A stretch of 64,000 bases of DNA from Hyphochytrium catenoides. Its lineage: Eukaryota > Protista > Hyphochytriomycota. Position 1 is the first letter of the stretch; every line of letters begins with the position of its first letter. The position numbers and the translations under genes are program-made. Below the pieces are notes generated by a model. That model ran no database searches and was not told the origin of the DNA. It saw only the letters and a list, made by a program, of their open reading frames with translations. Where the stretch lies: NCBI GenBank assembly GCA_900088475.1, contig FLMG01002456.1, positions 62,001 through 126,000 on the forward strand. Direction: 5' to 3'. Shown here in pieces: positions 15,878-29,532 of the stretch.

Positions 15878-18336
15878 ACGAGCTCGGTTTCCCTTCCGGA
15901 GAAATAATGTCTATGGGCTAATCCTTTTCAGGCTTAGCTGCTCCTGGACAAATTTGACCTCTGAGCAGAGCACACTCAGTAGCAAGAAGAGCCCGGCAAG
16001 TCAGAAAAGATGGTGTGAGAGATGAGGACCCAATCTCTGACAATGGTGCGGCGCAGCTGCCAGGCCAGATCGGCATGTGGTACGGTACGACTCCTTTGAC
16101 CATTGAGAACAGGGGTTCGAATGATGCAGCAGCAATCTTTGGCCAAAACCATCCAATCCGTTCAATGAAGTTATTTAGCGAAAATCTCTGGAATCGCCAT
16201 CCATCCTTACTTGAAACGCTCACCATGTACAGGGTCCACTACATCCACGGTTTGCATGGTACTTACAAAAGTGAGTATCTTCGAGAGATAAAGGAACGCT
16301 CCACAATCTGACTCCTAATAAAAAGCTTCTATCCAGAAATGACGAAATGACGGCTTGTTTTCTAGGTCGTTGTCAGAACCCATCTCCTGATTTTGTCATA
16401 TTTAGAGTTTATAATTGGTGATGCAGTGATGCTCTGTCTTGCTTTATTATTCTCTAGAGTTGAAAGTGCCCTGCAGTTTTACAGCAACAAATAGGACACA
16501 ATAGCCCTCTATTTTGTTCTCGAGGCTATCGGCTTGTTGTTTCCTTCCTCTTCTTATGTTATTTATTCTTCAGGAAGTCTCCCATCGCCTTGCTCTGCAA
16601 TAGCTCTTTTATTGATGAGGGAACACAAAGAGTTGTTGTGCAACCTACCGCTTTTTCTGAAAAAGCTCATGGTCCTCATGTCCAGTACGTACCAGGGGTC
16701 AGCCGGGTCAGCAGCTGCTCGCCGGTCAGCGGGTCAACAGCTGTCCGAATCAGTAAGGTTAGGGTCCGTACTGCTTATTATGTCCACAGTAATTAGCACC
16801 ATAATCAAGGGTTTACTGCTTCCTCCACCTAACTACTTCTGGAAATACTTTTAGCAGTAGGACGAAGCAGAGACTAAAGGTGTGCTCCCTGGCCGGTAGA
16901 CTCCCAGAAGGGCTCAGGGAGGTTTGCTATGAGGCAGCACTAAGGACGTTGGCACTCTAACAGTTATCCTAACCGTTTTTCATAATCTGGATAATAAATG
17001 CGTCATAGTATGATGCTTTCTATAAGAGATCCCGTTACTTTGAAGGTCCATTGCCCGAAGCAATCCCAGAAGACATATCTACCCTGGGGTTGGGGTCTTC
17101 TTGATTATTAGCTTATCATTACTAGTACGGGGCTGACCAATAAATGTATAAGGTTTTTGTGCGGGCGGCAGTGTCACCTAATAGATCAGAAGGTACCTGC
17201 TGCTTCAAATAGGCAAGTCACAGCAGTGGTCTATTGACGGAGAAGAAAACAACGAACAACGAGCAACTACTAGGACCAGAAGGACGATAGTAGCAGAAGA
17301 AAATGAAGAGTGAGAAGTACTCCATTCGCTCTAAGAGTCGTCCTAATAAGGGCCATGTGGAGAGCAAGGCATGGAGTACTAAGGCGGCGTTAAACGATTA
17401 CAAAGTGGTGATGTGGAGAGCAAAGCATAGTACATAAGAAGTTCTTAAAAATTCTCTGGAGACGCCACACACGGTTTGACAACCGAGCCCTGGAAGACAA
17501 AAGTTCGATGGTGGTCCAAGAAGGGTCCGCATGCAACCAGCTGTAATAGACCAAGGAAGCACAACTCGTAGACAATCAAGAGAGCTGAAGAACAAAATTT
17601 TGAGGACAGTGATCAGAATATGGTCGTGTGGCTGCAGGAAGTTGGAAGCGACTAACTTATTATCGCCCGCTTGCTCTGGTCATTATGGCGGCTTTGTTGT
17701 TGCCTTATTACCTGATTGATGTCCTCTCAAACAGCAGTCTTAGCCCAAACATCCATCTCGCGGTAACAACTGAGAACATCCTTGTACGTCCTGGCCCATT
17801 GATCGGTTGACCCTTCCTCTTCTCTTCTAGTCATTGAGTGCGCGCATCAAGCCAAGGATTGGACCCAGTAGTCCAGAAGCCCACGCTCCATAAAACCAAA
17901 GACTACAGAAGAGTGGAGTTGTTGGAGTTGTTTGATATTTATTGCTTCTTGCCCATCCGCATCCCTTCAGCGGTCGGTGGCCGTTACCCGCTAGAAATGT
18001 AACGATGCTCTTGAAAGCTCTTGCTGTTTGCTTGCAGTGGTCATTTCAAAGGTAGTGAGTACCGTGTGTCTTTGCCACTAGCGGGCGTAGTAATCCTCAG
18101 CTTTGCTCGGCATGCCTACCGCAGATCAATAGATCGGTCCGATCAGGGACATGCCCCCCGAGCAGCGGCACGAACGGACATTAGCCTAGTCCATCAGCGA
18201 AGTAGACAGGCACCAAGCCATAAGAAGAAAGCAACTCTTGTAGCAGGCCCTTAATGTATCTGGGCATGGGAAACGCAGTGCTAGTACTAGGGTAGCTTTC
18301 TTATCGGCTTACACTCCTTGTTAGTCTGGGCCCACC

Positions 18337-19797
18337 ATGAGGAATTCACGGATGAATCTCGACCTTACAAGCATCAGCCGTCATCCTGGAGGTCCAAAGC
18401 AAAGAGTTAGTTTAAAAACGCCAGCAAGTGACAACTGGCGTTATCAGGAAGTGACTGCCCCAAAGGTGACATAGACTTCATCAGATCCCCACATATAGCT
18501 TCACCAATTTGACCTTAGACCCTATGGCCTCTGCGCAGAACACAAGCGACATTAGCGCTGACCAGGCTAACCTTAGAGAATTGAATGAGGCCCTCCTTTG
18601 GGATGTTGTGAGTAAAGACTCTACTGGAACACCAGGTATTAGCTAGTAATGGGTCCTTGCCATAGCGGATTGTAGCTCAGGGGTTTGTATCACCACCTAA
18701 GGCCAATCAAGTCTACAAAATACGTATAACACGTCTAGCAGCTCAGGCGTGCCAGCTCTTGTCCGGCCAGCCGAGAATGTTGATGGCATTGCTGCAGCAA
18801 GACGGTTAGCGCAGGAAACTCCCAGACCACCATCGAGGAACAAAATATGCGGCAACCCTGATAGTGCCCGGAGCACCATTAGCTTAGTAAGTCCAGTCAT
18901 CTTGCACTTGCTCAAGGAACAGAGACTAAAACTCATACATGTCGACTAATCAATCCAGGAAGATTTCGCCACTTGCAGTCCTCGTCTCATTCGAAGCATC
19001 GCCTTTTCACCACAACACACACCTATTGATGACGGCTTTTACTCCATCGATGAGTCCATCCCACCGCCATTTAGAATCAAGGTCACCCACTCGAAGACCA
19101 ATAGGAAGGACTATCCCAGAGCCCACATGAGGAATGACAGCTTCAGTCAACCTCTCGATACAGAGAAACTAGACGTTGATTTGGTTTCTGAGGTCACCGA
19201 CGATTTTAAGGGACTGGCTCTTGACCCCTGGTGTCCTATTAGCCGCCCCAACACCTCAATGTCATGCAGCAGGTACCTTCTTTAGTATTGATTGTCACTG
19301 AAGATCTGCGCTTATGATATCATAAGGAATCTCGAGCGTTTGTCTAGTCGTGGGAGCAGTCGAACACATATGACAGGGGAGACTGAGTGTCTTGGGTGGC
19401 TGGAAGGCTTCGAAAGTATGGCAGATCAGGGTCCTGAGGGTTTGTCACTCTCGAAGCCGGAGCCTTCCTTTACATTGCCAGAAGAAGATTTTGAGTCGGA
19501 GTATGGAAGCGACTTCGATATCGCTGGGGAAGTGGAGGTAAGGTGGAGATTGATTTCGAGAGAAGTACAGGACCTCAACTCCCTGTTAGGAGTTTCCCCA
19601 GGATGGTTTGAAGAATGAAAGCACAGAGCCTGCAATGTTCATTACCAATCTTGACCAGGTACGAGCTATTTACCAGTCGTCGCCAGTTCCGTCATTTGTT
19701 TATACTAACCTTGTATTTAGGACTTTCTAAACCTTTTTGCACAATAACCATCCCATGGGACAATATAAATAAAGTGGCAGATCAAGTCGAACTTTAG
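18337..19797 (+). CDS. Hypothetical low-complexity multi-exon protein
   Basis: A series of short ORFs bounded by plausible GT/AG sites (e.g. NLRELNEALLWDV, EEDFESEYGSDFDIAGEVE). No recognisable domain. Confidence 0.35.
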
Positions 19798-19808
19798 GAG
19801 AACAGAGC

Positions 19809-21801
19809 TCAAACCCTGCCAGATGCGGCACACTTCATAGCTGCATCCACAAGTCCTTTATCATATTGGACTAACAAGGAGCTTAGCAGTTGATCTCGGT
19901 CCACTTGTATGGAAAGGGGCTTCTTCATATTTGAACCGGATCCGGTTGCATGCACCAAACCTTTGTCGACAAGGCTATGTACCAAGCTCCAAAAGTCAGA
20001 CTCACTTGGCGGGCACCCAAGACGTTCTCTGCGCAGAAAACTAGAGAAACCCTGGTAGAGTGACTTTACAATCTGGGCTTCGCTGTGGCCGAGGATGAAG
20101 CATAGGAGAAGCTAGATATAGAAAGTCAGGAAGGTCAGACTGTGATAAGGCCTCAAAATGGGCGTAAGTCACTCGCCTTAGCTTGCGCGGGAAGCTTCTG
20201 GAGTCTGGTTGATAGACCTGCTCTTTGCGTCCTGCCTAGATACCCCGTTAGGTCTTTTAGTGTTACCAAGGTTCCGGGCCTATTCATTCGATTCGACAAA
20301 TCTTGGCCAGCAAGGAGTTCTCGAATGACTTCTCTAGGATAATAGCAACGCTCAGCTCATTTGATCTGTAATAAATTATACGAGAGCAAGATACCTGCAG
20401 ATGGTCAGGGCTCTTCTGGCATCCCCTGAAGTGGCTGACACGGTCCTAGCGCAAAGAGTCAAGGCTTCTGGCTCAATGATCGGCGAACAATAATGTTGAT
20501 CAACTGAGGACAGTCGATGTTGGAGGATTTTCTCCAGCTCCGCGGCAGTATAGGTGGGGAAAACTATTGTGGATGGACGTTCTAAGAAAGTTATGGGTCA
20601 GACAATGTCGACAACTAAATGGCGTCAGCAAGTGGTTATACCTGACGTCGTGGCGGCAATACCTCTTTCAGAGATGTCGATGGCATTGGATATCCCTGTT
20701 TCAGTTCGACCAGAGGTAAGAGGAGGTGGACCATGGCATTAATATGGCTGAAACGAGACTGTCACGAGACTGGCTTACCTATCAGAATCAGCGTTGAGTC
20801 AGGAGAGGCCGCGCCCTGAAGCAAGGCATCCATGTAAAGCCTTTCCCGATGTAGAAACTGTTCCACCTCGTCTAGAACAATGATGCTGGTTCAGGGTGAA
20901 GTAGACCTTAGTCACTATGTTAGAATAGGGGTTCATCGGTGACTTACTTCATGCAGCAACTGGCTGCCTTCGATCGCTTAAAATAGCTACAAAAGTCGGG
21001 GGCGCCTTGGTTTGAAACATGTGCTAAAGCCCTTGAACTTAAATGACGACAGCGGCGGCGCAGCTCTGACGTCAGATCTTCTGGAGACATCGAGAAGACA
21101 TTGACCACTTCATAGTGGAAAGCGTGTGGCTCGACCTGCAGTGACATAGGTTTATGAGCAAGGCCCTTTCAAAGATATAGTTTGTTCCATCTTCAGCGTA
21201 CCTCTTTAAACTGCGCTAGGACTTGTGTAACTAAAGCTGTCTTTCCAGTGCCTGGAGAGCCACAGATAAACAGAGCTCCAGACTTCTTGCATGATACTCT
21301 GTCTAATATAAACTTTTCAAGCTCTTCCCGATACAGTTCTCGAGAGGGCATAAACGATGGGGAATAAGTGCTGTCCAGAGCTGATATGGCCCTATACAGC
21401 AGCTCCCGAGGGTCCTTTGGCCGTTCCATCGCCGACGTTGGGCAACTTGCACTTCCGGCGGGCCCCATGCCCATGCTCTTATTGGTGTCCGACTGAGACG
21501 GAAAGCCTGGTAAAAAGCTTGGCGTGTCCAGGTCTCCATTCCTTTGAAGCTTCGGCGTTGAAGGGACAGAATGACGTTCGATCCCTCGGGAGTGAGGACT
21601 TGAAAGTCTAGCTCTTGGACAAGAGCTTTTCCGTGAAGAGCTTTTGTTCGAAGAGATCAGGGAATGTTTAGTCTTGAGACGCTTATTTGGTTGCGGAGTT
21701 TGCAGAGTTAACCGATCCTGCTCGTTCCTGGGCAGTAAAGCGGGAGGAGTAGCAAGATTTTCTTCAGCGCTCTGTCTTGGACGCAGTCCTCTCCTTGACA
21801 T
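19809..21801 (-). CDS. CDC6: Cell division control protein 6 (AAA+ replication initiator; multi-exon, one GC-AG intron)
   Basis: Disordered N-terminus rich in S/T-P sites, Walker A GSPGTGKT, Walker B IIVLDEVE, GISNAID, FPTYTAAELEKIL, SGDARRALTICR, and a C-terminal winged helix (LPAQAK|LLLC..SLVDKGLV). Confidence 0.9.
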
Positions 21802-22032
21802 TTTGCTACTACTGCTGCAGTTCTTCTGCCACCTTCGGGTGCCACACACCTCTACTTATGCTTGAGCTTGTTGATGAATGACCTCGCCATAGTCCAAAGG
21901 AACTTTTGGGGAAATGAAGATAGCAAGAGGACATGAATAGCTCAGTAAAGCTGCTAGTAAGTAGATGCTCGTCTCGTCTAAGCTGTGTCTTCTAAGAGGA
22001 GCTCACTCAGTCCGCCCCGCCACCCTCGTCGG

Positions 22033-22070
22033 TTCAAATGTTAGTTCTACTGTACCAGTTCGCGCCAAAA
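22033..22070 (-). promoter_or_regulatory. Canonical E2F site (TTTTGGCGCGAA) plus CHR (TTTGAA) upstream of CDC6
   Basis: Plus strand TTCGCGCCAAAA at 22059-22070 and TTCAAA at 22033-22038, about 230-270 bp before the CDC6 ATG. Confidence 0.6.
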
Positions 22071-22504
22071 TCTAGTTTTTTCATACTGGTAGTTTGCGAC
22101 ACTGGCTTGATATGATTTCGGTAACTGCAGACTGATAATTCTTAGGGCTTGAGACGTCGCTTCGTTTTGTCATGAGAACCTTTCCCTGGTTCAATAATAA
22201 CGACCCTGGACTAACATCATCTTCCAGCTTCCGGTCGCTTCGATGTTGGGCAGAGAACGTCTTGCCGCACGATTACCTTCCTCTCAGCGCCTAATGAAGA
22301 GAAGCTTCACACTCTGTCTGGCCTCCAGAGACTGAGAAGCAAACAAGGAGGGAGGTGCAGTGATCGTGGTGTCATGTAACGGGTGGGGGACAAGCTCTGG
22401 CAGGATCAGCTGGATCAATGCGGACATGGTGAGGCAGTGACATCCACTCAGCTGTTTATTGGGACACTTTATACCTGGACGCAACGTAGCGTAAAAGCTT
22501 CAGC

Positions 22505-25500
22505 ATGATGAGTAGCAGGAATGCTAGTAGTTCCAAGCACGGTATGGATTCACTGGATGGGCTTTCCAATGAACCAAGCTCCATTAATGGTAGCTCGGCG
22601 GAGGTGAACGTCAGCAAGCGCAATACTCGTGGTCCAGTGCGCAGTTCTGTCTCCAAAGCTGACTGGTCACGTCGAGGTCAGGATAGCGTTTCTTCCTTCC
22701 TTTTGATTTTCAAACTTATTGGCCCCCTCTATAGGCAAAGGAAGGCCTTCCAAAGCTGCACATAGTAAGAAGCAATCTAAAGTGAGTGACCGCAGCCAGG
22801 GAGGCTTCCGAATCTTGGACGAAGAAGGCAACGATGTAACTCCGGAGTCTCTTCTCGCAACAGACAAGCCCTCTCCTACAAAGAGCGGTAAGTGTCATTT
22901 CAGCGTGGTGTTTCTTCGATGAGCATGCCTAATACTTTGTCAAGATGGTAAAGACCTTACGAAGTCTTCGACGCTGGAACCTAGCAAGAGTAATGCTAGT
23001 ACCGGTCAATCCAGTTCCACCATCTCAATTCCGGAGCCGAAGATGACCGAAGTTCTGTCGCCTGCTATAACGGGTCATGTTGCGGCCAACGCTAAGGACA
23101 AGGTAGACCATCATACCCTGGGAGGGCCTCAGGTTTATGTGTTCGCTTACGCTCATTCAGCAGGCTTCCGTAGCCAAACCTGCTGTAACTGGCCTTGCAC
23201 ATGAAACCTTAGCACAGGACATCAAGAACGATTCCGTACCGCGAGTCGGTGCTCAAATCGCGGATATAAAGTCACCACTCATGCCCGCTGAGGGACCGGT
23301 CAGTTGATAAGTTCATTAACACCGTCTCAAATATAGTCCAATCGCTCTAACATAGCAATCAGCTGTTTTTTTCCATGTCGGAGACCGAAACCACAACTAT
23401 CCTGAGTATTGCGGCAGTTACGGTTAACAAAGACACCGAGCACTTTGTGACGGTCACTGAACGTAATAGCTCATATCATGCGGTAATTCTTTTGTCCTCT
23501 AGCTGAAGCGAGGGCCACACGAAAGCTGATGTTGATCATATGTAGCTCTGTGCCCTGAAGGCGAGGAGTGATAATTTTGCCAAGCGACACACGCAAACCA
23601 TCAATCTCCCCTACAAACACAAGGAAGTTCAGGCAGCACCCCCTGCAACGAAGGACGCAAGTTGTCAGGCCACAAACTGGGATATTTATGATAGGTGAGC
23701 ATAGCTACCACTTCCCGGATATCCTGGTAACGGTCCTCAACTTAGCTCTTACGCCAGCACCTTAAAAACTTCCGGGGTCTCTGGCGCGGACGTGGAAGAC
23801 CTTCTGGGGACAGGCGGTCAAGTTGTGAAAACAGCTCAGAAACAGGATACAGCCTTGTCTAGGCAGATCAACGAAGTAGTTGCTGTTAGCCTGGCGTCAG
23901 AAGGCTGCTTGCTGGATCCTAACGCAGTCATAAGGCCCCGCCGAAAGGACGTAAGCAAAGAGCCAATTACCTCCAAAAAAGGGCTGGCTGCATCGAGAAT
24001 AATAGATAAGTCTTCGGGTGAGTCTACGTATTCTTTCTCGTTGTCACCGCTTTCTTACCTCTTCTATCGTACAGAGAACCTGTCTTCAGTAAAGGTCTCC
24101 TCCAATGTCGCCTTCTCTAAAGCATCCTCTAAGAAGACCCCGCCGACATCAACCAACCAGGTCAATCCTGCTGAGGAAGGTACGGATCTTTCCCAGTATA
24201 CCCTAGACTAAGAGCTGAGATTTATGTCGATGGCAGACATCACAAGGAGTGAAGGAGGCTTTGCCAGCTCTCAATCGCCAGTCCGTCTCTCCTGTGTGGA
24301 TCCAAGCAACATAGTTCTGCTACAAGAGGCTGAAACAATTCTTAGAAGCCCCTCACTTATTACCAAGCTCTCAATAGCAGAAAGATACATTCAGCAGAAC
24401 GTGTTCCACAAGAGTCACCTGTGTTATAGAGACTTCCCTGAAATGGGAACAATTGTGCCAGCTGACGTCAAATCTGCTGACCGCGATGAGGAATTATTAA
24501 AAGTCCTGGCTAAGGAGGGGTCATTGCCTCCCGAAGAGGAACTTAGACTTCCAGGAACTGTCGGTAGTCAAGAACCTTTGAAGCTCCTATGGTCATTCGC
24601 CTGCGACCTTGTGTCGGGTCGTAGCATTTCCACGATGGTAAGCCACCACTTAGGTTGCACAGCAATTGCGACGCTTATTAACTTACCTATTGTAGGTATG
24701 GAATAAGGCCAATCAAGATCTGCTTGCAGTGGCATATGGTACGTCGATCTAAGTTCTCCATGCATGTGTTAAAGGGCTAAAACGATGTGAATCAGGTCCT
24801 TCAACTACATCCAGTCAAAATGATGGGCTTGTCCTTTTTTGGTCCCTCAAGAACCCAGAGTATCCTGAGCGCTTGTATCGCACAGAGAGCGGAGTGACCG
24901 CTGTCGATTTCAGCGCTGTTCATCCAAACCTACTGGCTATTGGCATGTATAATGGGGGAATAGCTATTTATGACACGAAGAAGCAGCAGGTATTTCATGC
25001 GCTTTTCAAAATAAGTACCGTGGCTAAATGATCGCACATATCCTTCCAAACAGGACTCACCTGTCCTAGAAAGTCGCCATGGAGGTGGCTCTCATATGGA
25101 TGCGGTCTGGCAGGTGAAATGGCTCGACAAAGGAGGACAAAAAGGAGAAACCTTAGGTACGTGGCAATGGCAGAGCCAAACTGAGATAACAAAGCACCCG
25201 TCTCTTAAGATCTGGTCCACATCACAGTGAGCATCGCTTCTGATGGACGCGTGACAGAATGGAGTATGAGTAAGGGCCTAACTCACACAGACCTAATGGT
25301 CCTAAGACGAGTCAGTAACCCTAGTGATAAGGCGAAGGGAGCCGGAGAAGGTGTCATATCTCGGCAGGCCAGTGGACAGTCCATAGACTTTCCCAAAAGC
25401 GACACATCCACCTACTTTGCTGGCACAGGTAAGTCATTGCAACTCCTTCCGCCCCGCATGACGCCGCGTACTAACCGTAGTCCCTAGACGACGGCACCAT

Positions 25501-26113
25501 TCATAAGTGCTCATTCTCATACAATGAGCAGTACCTCCAGACCTACTTCGGTCATACTGCCCCAGTCTATAAAATAAGGGTTTCATCTTTCTACGAGAGT
25601 GCTTTCCTCTCGTGTTCAGCCGATTGGACTGTGAAGCTATGGGATCAGAAGAAGGAGGCGGACATATTTACCTTACATTCTGTACGTCCACTCAGTGTTT
25701 TGGCATGCATCAAGGAGCTTCGCGGTTTGTCATTAGCTAACTTTGGCCTGTAGGTCGACCTGGCAGCCCAAGTGAACGACATCACTTGGTCACCTCACAA
25801 AGCGACAGTCTTCGCTTCCGTTACTGGTGATGGAAGGATTGAAATATGGGATTTGGCAGAATCGACCTTGGATCCTATCATCAAGTTTTTCCCTTCTGAG
25901 CAGGTTCACGGTCAAGAGGTCGTGCCCGGTGGTCTCCGGAGGACTCTCACCGCCATCCTTTTTGCCAAAAGCGCCCCCGTAGTCGTCGTAGGGGACACTA
26001 CAGGTCGCGTAATGTGCTACAGGTTGTACCATCCTAGCCTCCAACATGATGTCATAACATCCGAAAAAGAGCAGGCCGACAAACTCAAGAAGATAGTTCA
26101 GGGCAAAGCCTAG
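22505..26113 (+). CDS. DNAI4: Axonemal dynein intermediate chain 4 / WDR78 (IC138-like WD40; multi-exon)
   Basis: ILDEEGNDVTP, MSETETT, TQTIN..KHKEVQ..ATNWDIYD, ERYIQQNVF, LLWSF, WSLKNPEYPER, SIASDGRVTEWS, FLSCSADWTVKLW, DGRIEIWDL..LDP. Confidence 0.9.
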
Positions 26114-26274
26114 GCGGCTAATAATCGCCAGCTGTCGGCTGTGGGTGAGAGTGTGCCGAACGAACAAAGACGACGATTATCCAGTAGGACTTGCAAAGTC
26201 CTCTAGTACGTTAATCTGGTATGAGAATAAAGATACGTGAACCGGGTTATAACGTGCATTTAGGACTGTTCAGA

Positions 26275-27138
26275 TCATAGAAACAGTCCTGCTCGCGACC
26301 GCGTGCCCATTCTATCCGACATGTACTTTCCTGCAAATGTGTAGACTCCCATTAGACCGGCACCAAGCAGCGATGCCAGTAACATGGTTCCGCGGCTCCC
26401 TATGGGCACATGGCGTAAAGGCAAAGTGAGTATCGGTTTAACTCTCGCTTCATTAGAGTACACCTACCTGTAGATCGGTAGATGGCCCCCGTCGCTGCTG
26501 CGGCCAGAATAGGTGGGACTTCAGGATATGGAATGTACTTTTCTACCTCTACTGTGTCACAAAGCTCTTCAAAGCTGGTATAGAATAATGCTGGGGAAGA
26601 TGATGGCGTTAGACTGCTCTCCCCATCCACATATTAAGAGATAACGCTTACATAAGACTCCCAGCATATTGCCTGTTTTTGAGCCATATTTGCCGCAACC
26701 GTTCAGGACACTATTTACCCTAATCTTGAACCTTGGGCTTGGAGATGTCCTGAGTCCTTGAAAGAAGCCAAAAGCCCCGCCTAATCCGATACCTTGACCA
26801 ATCACCGGCTTAGTGTTGATTATTGGCGAGAGCCATTCAGTTATCCTACCTGCTAGGTATGTAACACCCGTGTTATAGCTGATTCTCTCACTGTATGACC
26901 TGCCCTTCAAGTTATATTCCAGGTAATCCGCAGCTGGATAAAGAGTGTAAGAATGAGGATGACAAGGGACCAATGTGGCCCTTTGTTAGCTTATCAGTGT
27001 GCGCTCACCATTAGAGTTCATTACGCCCAGCATTGGGGCAACCGTGTTAAGGTCAATGTTGTCTGTCCGAGGCATAAGGATGCCCGAATAGGGGGTAGTA
27101 TATGGGACCTCCTCATCGCTACTGCTGCTGTAGGACAT
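26275..27138 (-). CDS. TIM23: Mitochondrial inner membrane translocase subunit Tim23 (5 exons)
   Basis: Spliced protein DYLEYNLKGRSYSERISYNTGVTYLAGIGLGGAFGFFQGL..KIRVNSVLNGCGKYGSKTGNMLGVL..AAAATGAIYRSTG. Confidence 0.92.
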
Positions 27139-28091
27139 CTTGAGGACTCTGTACGATGAATCTGAAGGTAAAGCTAAGCGCTTCGCATCAAACACACGAG
27201 GTGCAGGACCCAAGCAGGTCGGATGAACCCTTGCCGATAACAAAAACCTCTATGTTTGTGAGGTTTATGCCGGAGAGTGGAAGGAAGCTGCCGCCGTACA
27301 AGATGGTTTATAAAAGGGTTAAGAAGAAGAAGATGCTCATTCAACGAAGAGCTCTGTCTCTGCTGAAGGAACAGTCGGGCATTGATGAGAAAGAGAGACA
27401 GAAAGCTGCCTGTGCTGAGCGTCGGTGAAGAGTGAAGCCAACCACCCAAAAGGAAGATCACAGCCACTTTCTCATCAGTCTCTTGGAACGTGAAAACTGT
27501 CTGAGCTTTGTGTTCCCTATAGAACCTGGAGATAGGGGTCAATTTCCCTCATTCTGATGGAGTGGCTCTGCCTGTCCCTTCTTCCAATTACCCCCCAGAA
27601 GCTGATACTTGAACACCCGGGGGAGGGCTGAGAACACATAGGCTACTGGGGGATATCTCCAGGAATCAATCTTAAGGAGGAGGAGTGGGAAGCGGGAATC
27701 AGATGAATTTTGAAAAGCTCTGCGTCTTTCGCCATGACGGACGATTGCAGTTCTTCAAAAGTAACCTCGTACAACTTGTATCAGCTTTGGATCCTGGTGG
27801 ACAGAGAAGAAGTGTCCTAGAGCTTGTAAAGGCTTCTTGGGGTCTTGCGGTGGACCTCGGATGAGTGAACAGTAGGAGCCATTGTGTCTGCGGCTGCCGG
27901 CAGGGCTTTCTTTTTCAGTGAAGGCGTTCCTTTGCTAATCAGCGGAATCCTTAATCACCTGATTGTTGTTGGCATATGGGTAAGAAGGCAGGAAAACAGC
28001 GACTCTGACCTATTTCCTCCATATACTATCTTGCAATATAGGTGACAACAAAGGCTATTTGTTACTCGCAGAAGGCTAAGTTAGAACAGCA

Positions 28092-29374
28092 ATGAAGTTG
28101 TCTGAAAGGGGCCTGAAGAGGGGGGTGCAACACTTGACTGAGAGAAAAATAGTGGTGGAAACGACAACAAGGGGGACGAGAAAATCTCTGAGGTTGCAGC
28201 AAGCTCTCCTATCATCTGTGTCCGATGGCAGTAGGTCAGAGAATGTAACAGAGGAGAAGAAGAATGTGTCGTTAGGAGAGGCAAACAAAAAAAAACATAA
28301 AAAGTCTTCGCCACGTGGCAAAGAAGACCAGAGCTTGGCGGCCAATAAGGCCAGGCCTCATGTAAGAGCAGAAAAGGAGGCAACCCCACAACAATTTTGT
28401 TGGAAGCACGGCACTCTGGACAGGGATTACGAGATAAGGTATAGATTTTGTGCTAGCATGCTGGTTGCTCCAAAGGTCTGGCTTTCTCGAAGTCTAGAAG
28501 AATGGGGGTAGTTATTAGTAAGTAACCTCATACTAATCAGCAGTAACTTCTGGTCACAGACTCATAAAGACAAAACAGAAAGCCGCAAGCTTGATTGTAG
28601 GGGTTGATGAGGCTGGTCGTGGACCTCTCGCGGGCCCGGTAGTTGCAGCAGCTTGCGCTATCCCGCTGGAAGTCACCATCCACGGTGTCCAGGATAGTAA
28701 AAAGGTACTAGGCAATCTACAACCACCGTTTTCAAAAATATACCCNNNNNNNNNNNNNNNNNNNNNNNNNNNNNNNNNNNNNNNNNNNNNNTGTCTTCGT
28801 TCTTACCCAACGCCCAACCCACCAATCACAGGTCATAGAAAGGGAAGAGATTGACCGGATTAACATACTACAGGTGCGTATGTCTGCTGCTTCAATTAGG
28901 TCGTTCCATCTGGTACCCCACGCTTACAACTCCATTTGGTCAACAGGCGAGTCTGAAAGCTATGAAACAGGCTGTGGAAGCCTTGGCGCAAGTCCCAGAT
29001 TACGTGTTTATCGATGGGCATATCGTGCCTCCTGACTTTCCTCACGATTGCGAGACTGTTGTCAAGGGTGATTCTAAAGTCTTTCCTATAGCTGCCGCAT
29101 CCATCATTGCTAAGGTCTGTACTCTAATTCTTACGGTCTGGTCAAACCTCACAAAATCGTGGTTACAATGGCCTACTAGGTGACCAGAGATAGGTTGATG
29201 CTAGCTCTTGACAAGAAATTCCCCGTGTATGGCTTCGCCACAAACAAGGGATATCCTACAAAAGCTCACTTTGCGGCACTCAAGAAATTCGGACCCTGTG
29301 ACGCACACAGGACAAGTTATGCACCTGTCAGGGAGTGGCTAGCAGCTAATACAGAGCCCAAGGTTGAGCGATAA
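28092..29374 (+). CDS. rnhB: Ribonuclease HII, bacterial RnhB type, with basic N-terminal extension (multi-exon; gap 28746-28791)
   Basis: [31 protein letters not shown]|[18 protein letters not shown]|[32 protein letters not shown]. Confidence 0.92.
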
Positions 29375-29532
29375 CGTTTGATTTAAAGGGAAGATGATTT
29401 AGAGACAATGAAAACCATAGTCCTAGGAGGAAGAAGTGAATTTGAACAATAGAACTCTAGACAAAGAAATAATTTGAGAGTAGAGCCACAGTTAAATAAA
29501 ACATCGAGCGGTCAGAATGTCAGGTAGCACGC

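Noticed and set aside
18245-18290. Helitron-like 3' end (hairpin plus CTAGT), also at 31393-31404
   Set aside because: The hairpin is only 4 bp or absent, with no matching 5' end or second copy.
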